Assembly (NCBI GenBank): GCA_012295275.1
Contig: CM022670.1
Location: forward strand, 1,178,001-1,242,000
DNA from: Chrysomallon squamiferum
Lineage: Eukaryota > Animalia > Mollusca
Length of the DNA: 64,000 nt
Direction of reading: 5' to 3'
Positions within the stretch are counted from its first letter, which is position 1; the number at the start of each line of letters is the position of its first letter. The notes under the pieces are model-generated. The model was not told the DNA's origin. It did not search any database and saw only the letters and a program-made list of their open reading frames with translations. Made by a program: the position numbers and the translations under genes. Below, piece after piece: positions 14,173-29,123 of this stretch.

Positions 14173-15408
14173 TAATAATAATAATAATAATAAACAATTA
14201 AAGTAAATAAAACCCATATAACTCATATATAGATAAAAACACATACATGCACAGACACAAAAAATACATTGCAAACGGAAATAAATAATTAAACATAAAT
14301 TAACTTTAAATATTTGAAGAAGGGTTACTCACAAGTTAGGATACATTAACATAATTACAGTGTCACTTAAAATACATACATACATACATACATACATACA
14401 TACATACATACATACATACATACATACATACATACATACATACGTATATATATATTGCGATGTAAACTTATCTTAAATTTGTATACCATACATCTACACT
14501 TACCTCTATAGCGATAATAATCAGTGACGTTATATTATTAATGGTGTTTTATTCATAATTGTAGCTGAAAAAAAGAAGAAGAAAAACACATCAAAATTAA
14601 GAAAATTAATAAGCAAATAAATAAATAAATTTATTCTACTAGTACTAATAATAATAATAAAAATATTCGGCAATAACAACATACAATTCTTTATTAATTC
14701 TCGTGGGCAGGAAGCGGAAGTAAATCAAATATTCGTGGTCTCAAGCCAGACATTATTTCCGCTCTATCCTGTAGAAGTGTATTCTCGATATTAGAGTATT
14801 CAGTACTGTTCAAAACTGGAATATTAAGATTATTGATCTGTATTTTCGTTAAGTATAAGCTAATAAATGAGTTTTAATTACTGTAACAAATTGGTATATT
14901 TATTTACAAGACACTAACGGCATTTAATATTCAAGAGAAGTTTCAACGCGGAAACACATTGATTCGCAGTAACTAGGACAAATGACGCCTACTTATTTAT
15001 TTTGTGTCTATATGACTCAACACTCCTCAACTCAAATACACGTTTATGGAATTTAATGAAAATTTTAAATTTAGTTTCTGTATTAAGATGTTACTGTAAG
15101 TGGTTTTTAATCATACTTGTGTATGTATCTATATATGTAATAACAGTTTTGTGTGTCTATGCCAATATGTAGATACATTCATTCCCTTGTGCATAATTAT
15201 TAGAGATCATTTTAGTTATTATAGATAAAAAGAAAGAAATAAGAAGCGAAACAATAAATTAATTGAGAATTTTGGACAAAACAAATTTAAAAGGGAATAT
15301 ATATATATATACTATCTGTAAACAAACAAACAAATAAATAATTAAATAAATAAATGGAAAACGGAGGAAATGAAACAGAAATTTGCATTTGAAATGTAAT
15401 TTTGAAAG

Positions 15409-15439
<31 letters not shown>

Positions 15440-15509
15440 TAAAAGAAAACATTTTTTAGATTGAATTTAATTTGAATAAACACTCTTTATATTTTGTTTT
15501 ATTTTACAG

Positions 15510-15890
15510 CTGTTTCAGTGGGCGTAAGCTGCTTCACTCTAGTGGCCATTTCCTTGGAGAGGTATTACGCCATATGTCAACCGCTCCACTCACGTGCCTG
15601 GCAGACCCTCAGTCATTCGTACCGCTCCCTGGGGATATGCTGGATCCTCGCCTTCATCTCCATGACGCCAGTGGCGGTGTTTCAGAAATACCGAGACTTG
15701 CCGAGCGGCTCTCACTCGTGTCGGGAGCGCTGGCCGAGCCCGCACCTCATGAAGGCGTACACCGTGTTTCTCGATCTAGCTCTCCTCATCGTCCCCGTCC
15801 TCTTCATGTCCGTCGCCTACGGCCGCGTCATTCATACGCTCGCCACCGACGTTCGCGACTCTTCATGTGATTTACCTCTACAAGAAAACG
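15510..15890 (+). CDS. CCKAR: CCK-type GPCR, coding exon 2 (TM3-TM5)
   Basis: Acceptor TTTTACAG|CT; G+CT restores Ala. Reads VSVGVSCFTLVAISLERYYAICQPLHSRAWQTLSH (ERY motif and the CCKR-like PLxSRxWQTxSH). Donor AACG|GTAAGT, phase 1. Confidence 0.92.
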
Positions 15891-15914
15891 GTAAGTTATT
15901 TGTTAACATATGGT

Positions 15915-16001
<87 letters not shown>
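15915..16001. repeat. Compound (GACA)n(GATA)n microsatellite just after GPCR exon 2
   Basis: Read directly from the sequence. Confidence 0.95.
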
Positions 16002-16223
16002 TTATACTTTCTTTATTATTTCATATTTCTTCTTCATCATTCAGTTTTTCTTTTTATCTTTTTACTTATTTTTTTTTTTTACATAATTTCTTTCTTTCAT
16101 TTCTTGTTTCTTTTGATCTTTATTTTAAATCCATAACAATGAAACGATTTCAAATAAGCATGAGCCAAAACCTGTATGTAATTATGTATGATCTGTGAAT
16201 TATATATATACTATCCTGTATGA

Positions 16224-16286
<63 letters not shown>

Positions 16287-17262
16287 CGTATTACACTTTT
16301 ATTTTTTAAATTAAAAAAAATCAGGATCAGTTATTTGTTATTTTAGATTTATGGCGAAATATAAAAAATAAAAAAAAAAAAAAAAACGCAGCTTTATTAG
16401 AAAACGAAAATGTCACAGTCCTTGGAGCTTTTGTAGTGATATACGCAGCAGATATTAGAAATATTGTTTTTAATATCGATAAGAATAATGAAATAAAAAA
16501 ATAAAAAAATTAATATTAAAAAATTAAAGAAATAAAAATAATTATAATAATAATAATGAATGAGTGTAAATAAATTAAATTTAAACAAACAAACAAAAAA
16601 CCTGTAATTGAAAAAAGTAAGAAAAAAAGGCACGAAATCTGTAAATGGTTTATTTTTTTATTTTATTTTTTTTAGTACTTGGTTGTTTTTTACTTCTTTA
16701 TTAATGTTTTTATGTTTTTATTTATTTATTTTTTTATTTTACCTTTTTAATTCTAAATTCTATTTTATCCCGGAATATCTGTCACAATTAAAATATCACC
16801 AAATTCATACACTTCTCCTTAAAAACGCGAAACTGCGGAGATTCATCTCAATAAGATATTTCCAATCAAGAACAGTTCCTCAAGCAAACGCTCTAACCGC
16901 TGGACTACAACTATTTTTTCAATTTGCGTAAAGTAACTAAATAAACAAATCTAATATTAAAAATGAAAGGGTTGACCTATCGGTACGTTGATTCTTGTGT
17001 GACATTTCGTTAACTGACGATTTTCAACACTGCGATCTGTCAGATGAAATGATTTTTAATTTTCGCGTCAACTGTACTAGACTGACTGACAGACAGACAG
17101 CGTGACTGCAGCACACCGCATTAATAAACTGTCAGATTGTCTGGACTCAGATCAAACAGTATCAGTTTAAAGTCTTTTCGACTATAAGTATCTGTCACCT
17201 CGAAGTAAATAGCATATACTGTTTTCACAACTATTAAAATCATTGTTTATATACTTCATATG

Positions 17263-17298
<36 letters not shown>

Positions 17299-19875
17299 TC
17301 AACCACAAACTTTGCAAATAATAAAGTATAAAACAATTTGTAACAACCGGTATTGTATTACGATGGACACGTTCGGTGTTATGAAGAAATAAAAAGCCAA
17401 AGCATATGTCATATACAGTCATAAAGTTATCATATTATGTGTCCTGTACATAAAGTTTATGGAATAATGAAGATGATAATACGTCAGTATTAACTTGCGG
17501 AATCTTTGCTGTAAATTGTCTAGTGTATATAAGTTTTATGTAACTGAATTGTTCAAGAGTAAAAGAAGAAAAGGAATAAAACAGACTATATTTCGTTCTC
17601 ATATCTTCTTCATCTCAGTAACGTTTAACTGAAAAAGAATCAGTGTTGCTAGGTGTTCTATCATCCAAAAAGTGTCACGAGCAACTATTAGCGATAAACA
17701 ATCATAAATAGATAAAAAGAAATTATACAGAATATAAAATATCTCTAGTAAGCAATCATAAGTTTTCGGTGTCATATTCTGTTTGTTTTAAACTAATAAT
17801 CAATATTCGTTAATATACAAATACGTGTACTTGTCGCTACGAATTCTTTTCTGACGTTCCTAGGTCAAGAATTAAATAGAAGAAACCAGCAAGTTCTGGT
17901 ACTTTTACGATCACAGTTCACTTTCTGTATATGCAGCGAGACTTTAAAATCTTTTTTTAATACTGACCTTTATTTGGCATCATTATGACACTCTTCCACT
18001 CATTCGTCGTATTGCTAGGATCCATTCAGTTCGTAGTTTAATTTTAAAATCAGTTCAGATTATTTACTGCATTCTTTATTAACACTGACTTCAATATGTC
18101 TTTTTTTTTTTATCGAGAATAAGTCAGTCAGAGTATTTTATTAGTTTTTCACTTCACAGCGTTCTGCGCAGACTAGAACTCGCTGGACCATAGAAACTTA
18201 GAAGATTGAAAAAAAAATAACCTTGTGTTGAAATGTCTTAAATCATTTCATCACTGAAATTTTTTTTTTTTTTTTTTTTTAAGGATTTCAAGAATAAAAG
18301 ACCGTTTCCTGACTGTTGTTCCTTTCATAAGATACAACTTAAAGAAGCTTAAGAAAAGCGGATTAAGTAAATGAATTTAAAAAGGCCACAAATAATGTGA
18401 GCGTTAAAGCGAACGAACTAAATCAATTTAAATCGACTGCTTTCAAAATGTGAAAGTTTATTTTATTTAACAATACAATTAGAGCTCACTAATTAATTTT
18501 CTGTAATCGGTTATTGAACGTCACACATCTGGTATTCGAGTCACGGATTCTTCAGGAGGAAACGCATTACATTCTCCCATCAACATTAATGGAATATTTT
18601 TATGTATTTGGCAATATGTTCGGAAAGCATGTATCACGATTTTCAAAAAACAATCATCGGAAAAGCTCCAAAAATTGACATAGCTAAAGCGATTCAGAGT
18701 GTAAAGACTTAATCAATTTATCTAAAAATGTAAATCTTTAAGTTTCTTCGAGTGAGATCATGCAGATCTGAGTTACTTGCTTATTTTCTCCTATAATCCC
18801 CTTCAGTTTGAGAATACATTTGCCCAAATACTCACATACTGTGATTAGCTTAACACACAGATTCCTCTTGATCTAATATTTCAATCCCTAATCAAATATT
18901 TTAGCTGAAGTTTAAGAACCCTGTTATCAAACAGTTTGTCTTGAGTGATGTTTCATCTTTGTGAAGAAAGCCTGTTATGGGCTCACAATTCAGAACACGT
19001 GTCGACCGAAGATAATATTTAATTAACTTGTTGGCACCTAACCTACAAAGAAAATCCTGTTTTAAACTGGCGAAGGCAAAACATTTTTTTAAATCAACCA
19101 GTTATTTTTTTTTTTTTAAATTCATCACAATACTTAACCTATTAAATGGATTTTAAAATGTATAGCCCAGAACCACCAATAAAATATTAATATATTTGAA
19201 ATATTTAGGTTTTGGTGCCATTATGTTCACAGTGAGAATAATTCGAGAAATAAATTTATATGGTTTCCTTTCTGAAATTCTTTATATGGGAACGACACGA
19301 AAGAACAACCGGCAACAGTGCTTGCGGACTTCCGGTTAAACACATAAACCTCGTTTAAAACCACGATACACACAGAGGGAAAAAAATATGTTAAATCTTG
19401 GTTAATTCCATGTCATCGTAAATTATATATACAACCTTCCTCTTGAATGCATACTTTAATTTGTCTCCAAATTGCTTAATTAACCGCGAAAGACGTCGTT
19501 GTCGTCACTGTTTTCTTTACGAGTAAAAAGTAATCAAGACCGAGTTGCATTAACGGTCCAACGAATCACCGAAATGGACCGAAAAGGGGATCGTGCTATT
19601 AACGGTCGAAGGATGTTCATTAGCTTCGAGAAGTGATATTACAGACGCGGTTCCAACTGTATTTACAAGAGGGTACTGCAATCCAAACGCCGGAATTTTA
19701 CATTTATAATAATATATAGAGCCTGTTAATATAAAGCAGCAGTCACTATACATGTATAGGTATAATTATGTAAAATAGTCTTTGAATGATTTGTAAGCGG
19801 GATGAGTACACTCAACCCCCATTCAACTTAACAAATGTAAAAAAATGATACAAACACAGACACACAGAGAGACAG

Positions 19876-19957
<82 letters not shown>

Positions 19958-20133
19958 TAAAATGTATAGGTAATATTTAAGCAATAAATAAAGAATGAAT
20001 ATAAGAAGAAAAAGTAGAAGAAAATAAATACCAAGAAAAACAAATAATTGTAAAATAAATTATATAAATAATCGCTATATTAATAATAATAATAATAATA
20101 AATAAATAAATAAAAAAAATGAAAAAGAAAAGA

Positions 20134-21300
20134 CAACTTACGCAGTTCAGTTAATTAAGATTAGGTGATGACAAAATTTTAACGATGTGTTTCTTCCCAG
20201 CCCCTCTGCACAGATCAACAACATTCCGTTGTAAAACCAATAAGTAAAACATGGAACGCTTTCCAGTCTTTTCTGTAGAAATCTTTATCAGCTTCGCTAA
20301 CATTTGTAATGTATAACCATCATTTACATATATCAGAGCATTTTCCTCAAATATTTGTGAATGCAATAACAACAGCTAAATGATTTTCCCCATCAATGAA
20401 TTCTTAAGAAATGTAAAGCAAAAACATGTCTGAGGCTTCTTTAAGCATATTTTTTGTTGTTGATTCTTAGTTAGAAAAGTTAGATAGATAGACAAAGAGA
20501 TAGATAAATAGACAGATTGATAGAAAGATGAATGGATGGATGGATGGACGAATGGATGGATAGAGAAATAATAAAGAAACAGAAATAAAAAAAAATTAAT
20601 AAATAAAAAAATAAGAAGTAAAGATTAAAAACTATAAGAAGACAAACTTTGGACGTAAAATGGGAAAGAAAGATAAATACTTCCGAAAAAGAAAAAAAAA
20701 CTATGGGAAGAAACATCGTTAAAATGTTTGTCATCACCTAATCTTAATTAACTGAACTGCGTAGGTTGCCTTTTTTTGTTGTTGTTGTTGTTTGGGATTA
20801 TGTTTTCTTTTTTCTTTTATTCATTTATTCTTCTTTCTTAATTTTTATATATATAAAAGAAAAAAGAAAACATAATCCCATACCAAAAAAAATAAATAAA
20901 TAAAGGCAACCTACGCAGTTCAGTTAATTAAGATTAGGTGATGACAAACATTTTAACGATGTGTTTCTTCCCATAGTTTTTTTTTCTTTTTCGGAAGTAT
21001 TTATCTTTCTTTCCTATTCTTCCCAACACCTCTGAACAGGTCAAAGTACGCGTAGTCAGGAAAAAAAAGAAGAAGAAAAAAAAACTGCAATGAATAAAAC
21101 GAGGAACACTTTTCAGACTTTATTGGCTTCGATAACGTTTTTAATGGATACGTATAACCATCATTTATAGATATCAGAGCACTTATCTCCAAATATCCGT
21201 TAAAGCAGTGCGAATCACTACATAATTTTTTCGCCATCAAGAAATTCTTAAGAAATGGCAACATGTAAAAGCAAAAACGTGCCTGAGGCTTTCTTAAGCA
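20134..21300. repeat. Compound duplication with a fold-back inverted repeat in GPCR intron 2
   Basis: Inverted arms 20663-20820 and 20853-21014 are near-perfect reverse complements around a spacer of about 32 bp. In addition, 20134-20447 is a diverged direct copy of 20907-21300 (both begin CAAC(T/C)TACGCAGTTCAGTTAATTAAGATTAGGTGATGACAAA and end CTGAGGCTT..TTAAGCA). Confidence 0.9.
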
Positions 21301-24300
21301 GACTGGGATTTTTAAATTTATTTTTAATTTATTTTTTAAAATTATTTTTAGGATCAGTTTAGATAACGAAATTAAAGAAAAAGAATTACCAGTTATGTCT
21401 CCAGCGTGTTATTATTCAGTGTCATTAGCTAAAATTTATAAATTCTTTTACGTTATAGAATCACACACGGGAATTTTGTTAATATTTTGAAAAACGGTCT
21501 CTGGAGATTTTATATAATGTTGAAACTTTGTAGTATATTTATGATAATAAATTCCTTAATACCAACAAACTTCTAAAATACATTAAACAACATTATACCT
21601 ATATTGATAGATATATAGATATATACATAGATACACACCGATTTACATACATGTATATGAACGAATAAATGTGCATAAAATGACAGAGTAATGATTGAAC
21701 GGAGTGGAATAATAGGACATTTTGCAAGTATTCATTCCAGGTACAATATGTTTGAAAATAAAGATAATTAAAAAGCATCAGAGGATATCTAAAAGGATCT
21801 CATTTCCTGATATTTCCCGCGAATGATAGTAGGATAAACCTGATCAAACGAAATGCCGCCTAACGTCACCCATTGAAATTATTTTCTTCACTTTCTACAA
21901 AATCAACCCCCCGTAGCTATGACATGAAATTAATAAACAGGTTACTTGATTTTCAACAATATATTTCCTTCTCGATAGCTGGAGAAAAATAATACATCAA
22001 CGCACGCGCTCACAGTCTTCTATCGTCTGCTGGAAGCGCGCGAAAAGGAGGCGTCACGTTTGATTCAGATCGTCTGCTCAACCCGCCGCCATAATGGATT
22101 TGCAATGTTGATGACTTAGCCGCTACCCTTTAACTTTATTTCGGTAAATCAACAAAAGTGTTCAGTTTCTAGTCAAGCGAATCTTTAGGGAGCACGCACC
22201 GAGTTTAATTTATTATTTGGGTTCATATATCAAAACAGGATTACACTTACGGAAATTACGGTGCACAAGAATCGAAGCAGACAAATGAAAAATGGATGAA
22301 AAGGTGAATTAACGGCAAAGCTGTTTGTCTGACAATTTTGTTTTAGGGGTCGATAAAACTGATGATTAACCCTGATCACGGCCGATGTCCCAAAACTCGA
22401 GTTCTTGATTAGATACCGGGAAAACTCGTAGTATCTCGTTTCATCCGTGATTACAGCGATGGAGCAATGGAGCGCTCTGGTAGTGATTATAGCTAAAGAA
22501 TAGCCTTCCTCTTTAAATGTCCGTTTGTTAACTGAACGAGATTTTCATTAGTTTTTAAATATTTGTAATTAATGTTTAAATCGCTTTATATATCATTCAG
22601 TTTGTCTTTGTAGATACTTATCTAACTGCAGGTATACACAATTACATATCCACGTATCTCGGATGTATAATAATTTTCTTCTCTCTTTTTTTAAATTTCT
22701 TTTTATAAGTTTCTTTTTATTATCCCACGCATATTTAATAATTAATTATTATATTAATTATATAATTTATTTCAGTTCTTCATCCTTTTTTATTTATTTA
22801 TTTATTTTTTTATTATGATTTGTTTGTTTCATAAATTTCTAAAGAAACGTAATTTCGAACTTAAGAAAAAGTCTTTCTAAATTTAATCACTTTTTTCACA
22901 TTATTCAGATTTCTTTCTAATAATAATAATAAAGAAAAAGTTTTCTATTTTGAGGTTTCAGATTTTCCTATCTCTTAAAGTTAATATGCCTGATCACAAT
23001 TACATATTCGTTCAAATCCATTGCGTGTTGTCGTGAAAGAAAGAACATTCCAATGATCAAATAACTGTTATATTTCTGAAAGCAATAAACTTCAGCGGAG
23101 CGCAACATTGCTCATAAAACTGCCAAGCTTTCAGACAAGGAATTTCACTTAGATCAGAGATTTGGAAAATTGGGCACCTTCTTGCAGCACTATCTATTGA
23201 TTTTGTTACCCGACGCAATCCATAACGTAATTTTATCTACTAAAATAAATCTGATTGGCTGGTTTTTCTGCAAATTCATATTTCCAGATTCATAAAAATA
23301 TGGCTCAATATCAATAAAATAGCCTAAACTCTTTATTTAATTCTGATTAATTAACGTCTGTGCTATCTTTGAGGTGTCATATTTTGTCACAAGTGGCGAA
23401 AATCGATGACGTTTTTATCGACGGAAGTGAATATCAGAGTTATCTATTCATCAGTAGGAAGTCTTTGAAGATCGGAGATAGGATATTGTAATATTCATCT
23501 GAGCAAATACAAGCAATATGTTATTTATTACAAGTTTTTTTTTTTTTTTTTTTTTGTTGTTCTATGTATGTATGTGTCTCAGACAGAGAGGAGAGTAAGA
23601 AAGAGAGGAGGGAAAGAGGAGAGAGAGCATAAAAAAAAAAAAAAAATACAAAAAAAGGGAAAGTCCTAAGTTATAGACTGGGAGACAGAATTACGAAAAA
23701 AGTGGGTGAGAGTGTTGATATAGAGATTTTCACTTTTAAATTCTTGCTGACAAAGTGCACTTTCGTAAGAAGTCCTAGGAATGGCTGAATAGGCCGATCA
23801 GTGACGTTTTCAAACGCGAGTGAACGAAATAAAGTCTGAATGCGTACTTAACGTCTGTCCCGGATAGATAAAATATTGACTGTGAGTCGTCCAGTATCAG
23901 TACTAGTAATTATCGAAATTACTTGAATTATAAGTGTAGTCTGTAACTGGAATGATTAACAGGAAGTCAATATTCTGATTTAGTTTCATAAATCGTACGT
24001 CACAGTCTTACATATTATTTAGTCTTTTGTTTTAATTACAGTTGCTCTAGCCTGCTAGACTCTTTAATTTTCAAAATTATTTTGAGTTTATTTCTTCTTC
24101 TTCTTTCTTGCTCTTGTTCTTGTTCTTTTTCTTTATTCATCATTATCTTCTTCTTCTTCTTCTTCTTCTTCTTTTTCTTCTTCTTCTCCTTCTTCTTCTT
24201 CTTCTTATTATTATTATTACTGATGTTGCTCTGTGTTGTTCTTCTCGTTATGAATTTGTTAGCTCGGTTCCTTTTATTTATCAGATATTAAGTAAAAGGG

Positions 24301-24330
24301 ATATAATAATCACATTTGTCATTATTACAG

Positions 24331-24959
24331 GAGCTACGCCTGGTTTCGTCATGCCTAATTACAGAACTCTGGAACTTAGACTGTTACACAACAAAGACTC
24401 CACGCAGAGCATATCTTCCCAGAGTTCCACGGACACGACAGGAAGTCCGCCGCTACCCAAACGGAGTCGTCGCATTCATCGAATGAGACACACGAACCCG
24501 CAGAAGATACGACAAAACAAAATACGGGTGATAAAAATGCTGTTCGCGGTAGTTCTAGAATTCTTTATTTGCTGGACTCCTGTTTACATCATCAACACGT
24601 GGATGATGTTTGACGCTCCGAGCGCAGCTCGTCACATGACGCCATTAATAAAATCACTTTTTCATCTACTCTCCTACGCCTCATCGTGTTGCAACCCTAT
24701 TACGTACTGCTTTATGAACAAGAAATTCAGAGAGGCGTTCGTCAGAGCCTTTCAGTGCCGCCCTGTGAAACAGGACCTGAGAGACAGGCGTCGAATGATG
24801 CTGGCAGGCTCACGACGTAGTGAACTGTCCATGTTTCAGCCTGGCGCCTCTACCTCAACCCGAGCCAGTTCCATTCGGCAGCCTGACTTCGGGTCAATCC
24901 GCCGTGTCGACTTCGGATCAATTCGGGAAACGGATTTTAACGATGGCCTTGACGATTAG
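24331..24959 (+). CDS. CCKAR: CCK-type GPCR, coding exon 3 (ICL3, TM6-TM7, C-tail); spliced CDS 337+381+629=1347 nt, 448 aa
   Basis: Acceptor TTATTACAG|GA, phase 1. Reads KIRVIKMLFAVVLEFFICWTP (TM6) and HLLSYASSCCNPITYCFMNKKFR (TM7 NPxxY, helix 8). Stop TAG ends at 24959 and the total length is divisible by 3. Confidence 0.92.
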
Positions 24960-25480
24960 TTTGAAAAAATTATGTTTAAAGAAAAATGACTGAAATATTT
25001 CAATCTGCTTGAATATTATTTTATCAATTTCTGCCTGCTGAAACGAATTTTAATTAAGTCGTTTTATTTTATTTTATTTTATTTTGTTCTTGGAAAAAAT
25101 AGAAAAATCCGAAAATTTAAGAATTCTTTATATTATTCTTTCTCCCCCCTTCTTTAAAAAAACACAAATATTATTCTGTATCTTTTCTCGTATGACATAC
25201 ATTTTAAATTTTATCTATTGTTAAAAATATTCATTGTGAAAAAAACAAACAAAAAAAACCAGCAAACAGATTATTCAATTTCATTCCACTCAATATCGAA
25301 TTAAAATCTTAATGTTGTTATAACTTGGTCCAATCTGATGACGTGATCAGCATTAAATCGTACAAAAGAAAACAGTGTAAAAGACCACCACTGCCATTTA
25401 GACAAATGTTCCATCATAGTATAATATCATGTCAAGCATACTTTAATCTTTATTTAGGTTACCAGATCCATTTGGAGAAA

Positions 25481-25555
<75 letters not shown>

Positions 25556-26006
25556 TGTTATTAAATCTTAAAATAAAATAGTTGTTTATTATAAAACGAT
25601 CCATTTTAAGAAGCAGTATCAAACAAAATCATTAATGACTGTTTTCCTGAATTTATCAAATACAACAAGGGTTAATCTGGTAATAAGTTTTGTTTATTTT
25701 ATTAATATTAATTAATAAACAGCCAAGATTATACATGTCTTATTCCAGACAGCATTAAACGGCTGATCTAGAGATTATGGGCACGATAAGTCTGTAGAAC
25801 TGTGCACATAAAATATGCTTTACTGTAAATCGAAAAGGAAGAAACGCCTCTCAAAAATAGTGCTTAACTTTGTAACAACAAGAGATTTAAACGGAATGTT
25901 GGCTGTGTTTTTAAATTCCTTGATTTAAAATAAAACAAAACAAAACATTAATTCATTCATTCATCTAGTTATATAATTAAATAGTCCAAAGTGAAAGAAA
26001 AAAAAG

Positions 26007-26038
<32 letters not shown>

Positions 26039-29000
26039 AGATGAAGAAAAAGAAAAGAAAAGAAAAAAGAAAGAAACTGAAAAAAAGAAAAATAATAATT
26101 ACTCCAGTCTTCCACCTTTATATAACAGATATTTAGAGAAGCTAGGATGGCTCATGAAATTATTATACCGTAATTCAGTTTTGCATTTATTATTTTATTT
26201 TGTGCAAATGGAGTTTATACTCTTTATGAAAGATTTTTCTTATTTAGCAGAGAAGTAACCACTGTTTTGTTAAAACCATCTTTGATTTAATGCCAATGTT
26301 TTTAATAAAATATTTTCAATGTATCGCAATTAGTTTTGCTTTGATTGCTTTTTGTTGTTGATGCTGATGTTGTTGTTGTTGTATGCTGTTGTTATTATAA
26401 TTATTAGTTCCTTTATTTATTTATATATTTTATTTTCAGGAAAGTAAAATTACTTTCTAATATTGTATTTTCCAGAGTCAGGTATATACATTTTTTAAAC
26501 TGAAGTTTTAATAATAAATAGAAATAGATAGATGGACAGACAGACAGGTAGAGGTGAGACGAGTAAAAAGAAAAAAAAAAAAAAGACATGGAGATGAAAG
26601 CGACTAAAAGGGAGAGAATTCACTGTCACAATTTTACGATATTGTCGATGCTACTAAAATTGAAATTTTATATCTACACTAGAATTCGACTCATTACATA
26701 ATACGAACCTTATTATTGAACAATACTGAAGACAAATAATCTGTCAATGTGTTTTAGCTTATTCTATAAATAGTAATGATTTTAATAAACGTATCAGTAA
26801 AAATCTCTTGTTTTGTTCCGAACATTTATGACCACAGTAAGCACACACTTTAGCAGTCCTCTTTCTGAATTACGTAAAAAATTTCCGTGCATTATTTTAC
26901 CACTGGATTAGCAAAGGCCGCGACTGATGCGTTCCTGTCTATTCCCACAAAATCCCATCATTTTGCGGAAACGGATTTCGTCCGTTATTTATTCGATCAG
27001 TATTGTTACGTCATTTTTGTTAGAAATAGCCATTAATATTAAAACGTGTTTCATTCGTCCGTGCTGCTCGAGTTCGATGTCTTAACCAAAGCGCCAACCT
27101 GACTGATAAATCTTCCACCGTTGAACTTTAAATTATATACTTGTCAGTCTGACTAATAACCAGGCGTGTAACCTCAATTAGGACACGGTCCGAAGGGATC
27201 CAAGTACGTATTGAGCGTGGGAGAAAACGAATGCAATGGTTCGGTATTAATTTCAGTTCAAACCCTTCGTCATGCGTAACGACAGCATTGAGAAATTAGG
27301 GGAATGTTCAGTTTTTTATGACATTAATCACTGTTGTGGATTAAAATTCTGGGAAGTGTAGAAATGAACCACTGAACGCAGAAACGATTCCTCGATACAT
27401 TTTATTATTAAAAGTTAGTTATAAAATATCAGTAACGTGTTTGATATGCAAAACACATTAAACGTAAGTCACAGACACTTGTGATCGCAGTGTTATCGGT
27501 TTCACTGATGACAGGGCACCGGTCAATTTTATTTTTTCAAGATATTCCAAGTAAAGTTCTAAGTCGTATTTTATCTGCTAAAAATTTTGTCTAATCTGCC
27601 CACAAAGCTGTGTTACAGGCCATCCTAGTGCTGACATAATCAAACAGCAGCATGACATATTTTACCTTCTCGTAGATTTAAAAAAGCAAATCCCTTTGAT
27701 AAATAGGAATTAGTCAGAGAGCAGTTGCCGAAATGAAATATGCATATACATATATATGTTACATGAACGTACATTAGTTTGTCGCCATTATTAATTTATA
27801 CTTCTTTTTTTCTTTCTGATAGTTTCTATATTCGGTTAAGAACAGATCAACACAGTTTTTATTTTAATTTTTATTAGGTTTTAAATTCAGTTAAGAATAA
27901 ATGAATACCGATTTTAAGTTTTATACCTCAACGAAAATATACCGTTTTCGACATTTCCAATCTAAGAAAAACATTTATGAGTCTGAAGTTTACAATTTAT
28001 TTGATCAAGGGAAAGCATATCTGGCTTTGTGAAAAATAAAGCTTCTAATTCAGTTTGAAGTAATTTTATTAGTAAATGTCTCTGACTGGCCGACTGGTAC
28101 AGACATATTACACGTTGTCGTGTGGTACATAAAGTTTTCCAAAAAAAACGAATAGCTCTTTACGTCGGTAATAAATGTTATGGACCATTCCAAATTTCTG
28201 TTGCGATGTACATAAAGGGCGATGAATCATTATCAGATAACGGATATGCCTAAAACTAATGTGATTTCCAGGCAAGACGAAAATCCCCGAAGAGTATTAA
28301 TATTTCGTGCAAATGGCTAATGTCTGAAATATTCTTGTCTAGGACGAAAAGATGCTGGTCTGCATTAGGGCAGGTCTAAATAACTATTAGGATCGATGCT
28401 ACAGATTTCAGTGGGAACATGCAGCGTAAATTACATATATATATGATAAGTTCTGAATTATCTTCTTTTTCAAGAACAAAACTCAAAATATAATTAAAAC
28501 GTGTTTTTTTGTGTTCTAATATTTTGACCTAAGTGTGTACAGGAGGAGTGCTTCAATACAGAGAATGTAACTACCACAAAACTGCACCTCGCGCTATAGT
28601 ATTCCATAAAGGTTTCATCTTTCTGTATTAGATTCATTAATATTGATAATATAGTAAAGACTGTGTGTACGTTTGTGTGTGTGTTTGTGGTGCAAGTCTA
28701 TGTATATTTATGGATGGGAGCATGTATGTGTCAATCTTTGCAAACATATAGATAGGTAGTGATGAAAGTGTTGTCTGCCCACAGTTGATCAAAATTAAAA
28801 CAGTTTAAACATGAACAGATAAATCATTAGGATTACATTGACCTATCACTCAGTAACGTGTGTTTTAACGTTTCTGAATTTACTGAAGATGTTGTTGTAG
28901 TAGTCTGTGTTGGAATCGTTTCTAGGAATAGAAATCGCTAAAATTAGTAATTTAATACGTTAGCTAATGTGACTCCATCCGTGTGTAAGATTAAAGAACA

Positions 29001-29119
29001 AACTGGTAAAATACATCAACACTGTCTTGACGTCTGTTTTAAATGATTGCTTAGTTATAAGTGTTGTAGAGTAACAGCTTAAAATGAACAAGTGTGTTTA
29101 TGTATGTGCGTGTGGGTTC

Positions 29120-29123
<4 letters not shown>

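Noticed and set aside
24108-24330. Leu-rich N-terminal part of the 283-aa ORF
   Set aside because: It is translated (CTT)n/(ATT)n intron sequence. The exon starts at acceptor 24331.
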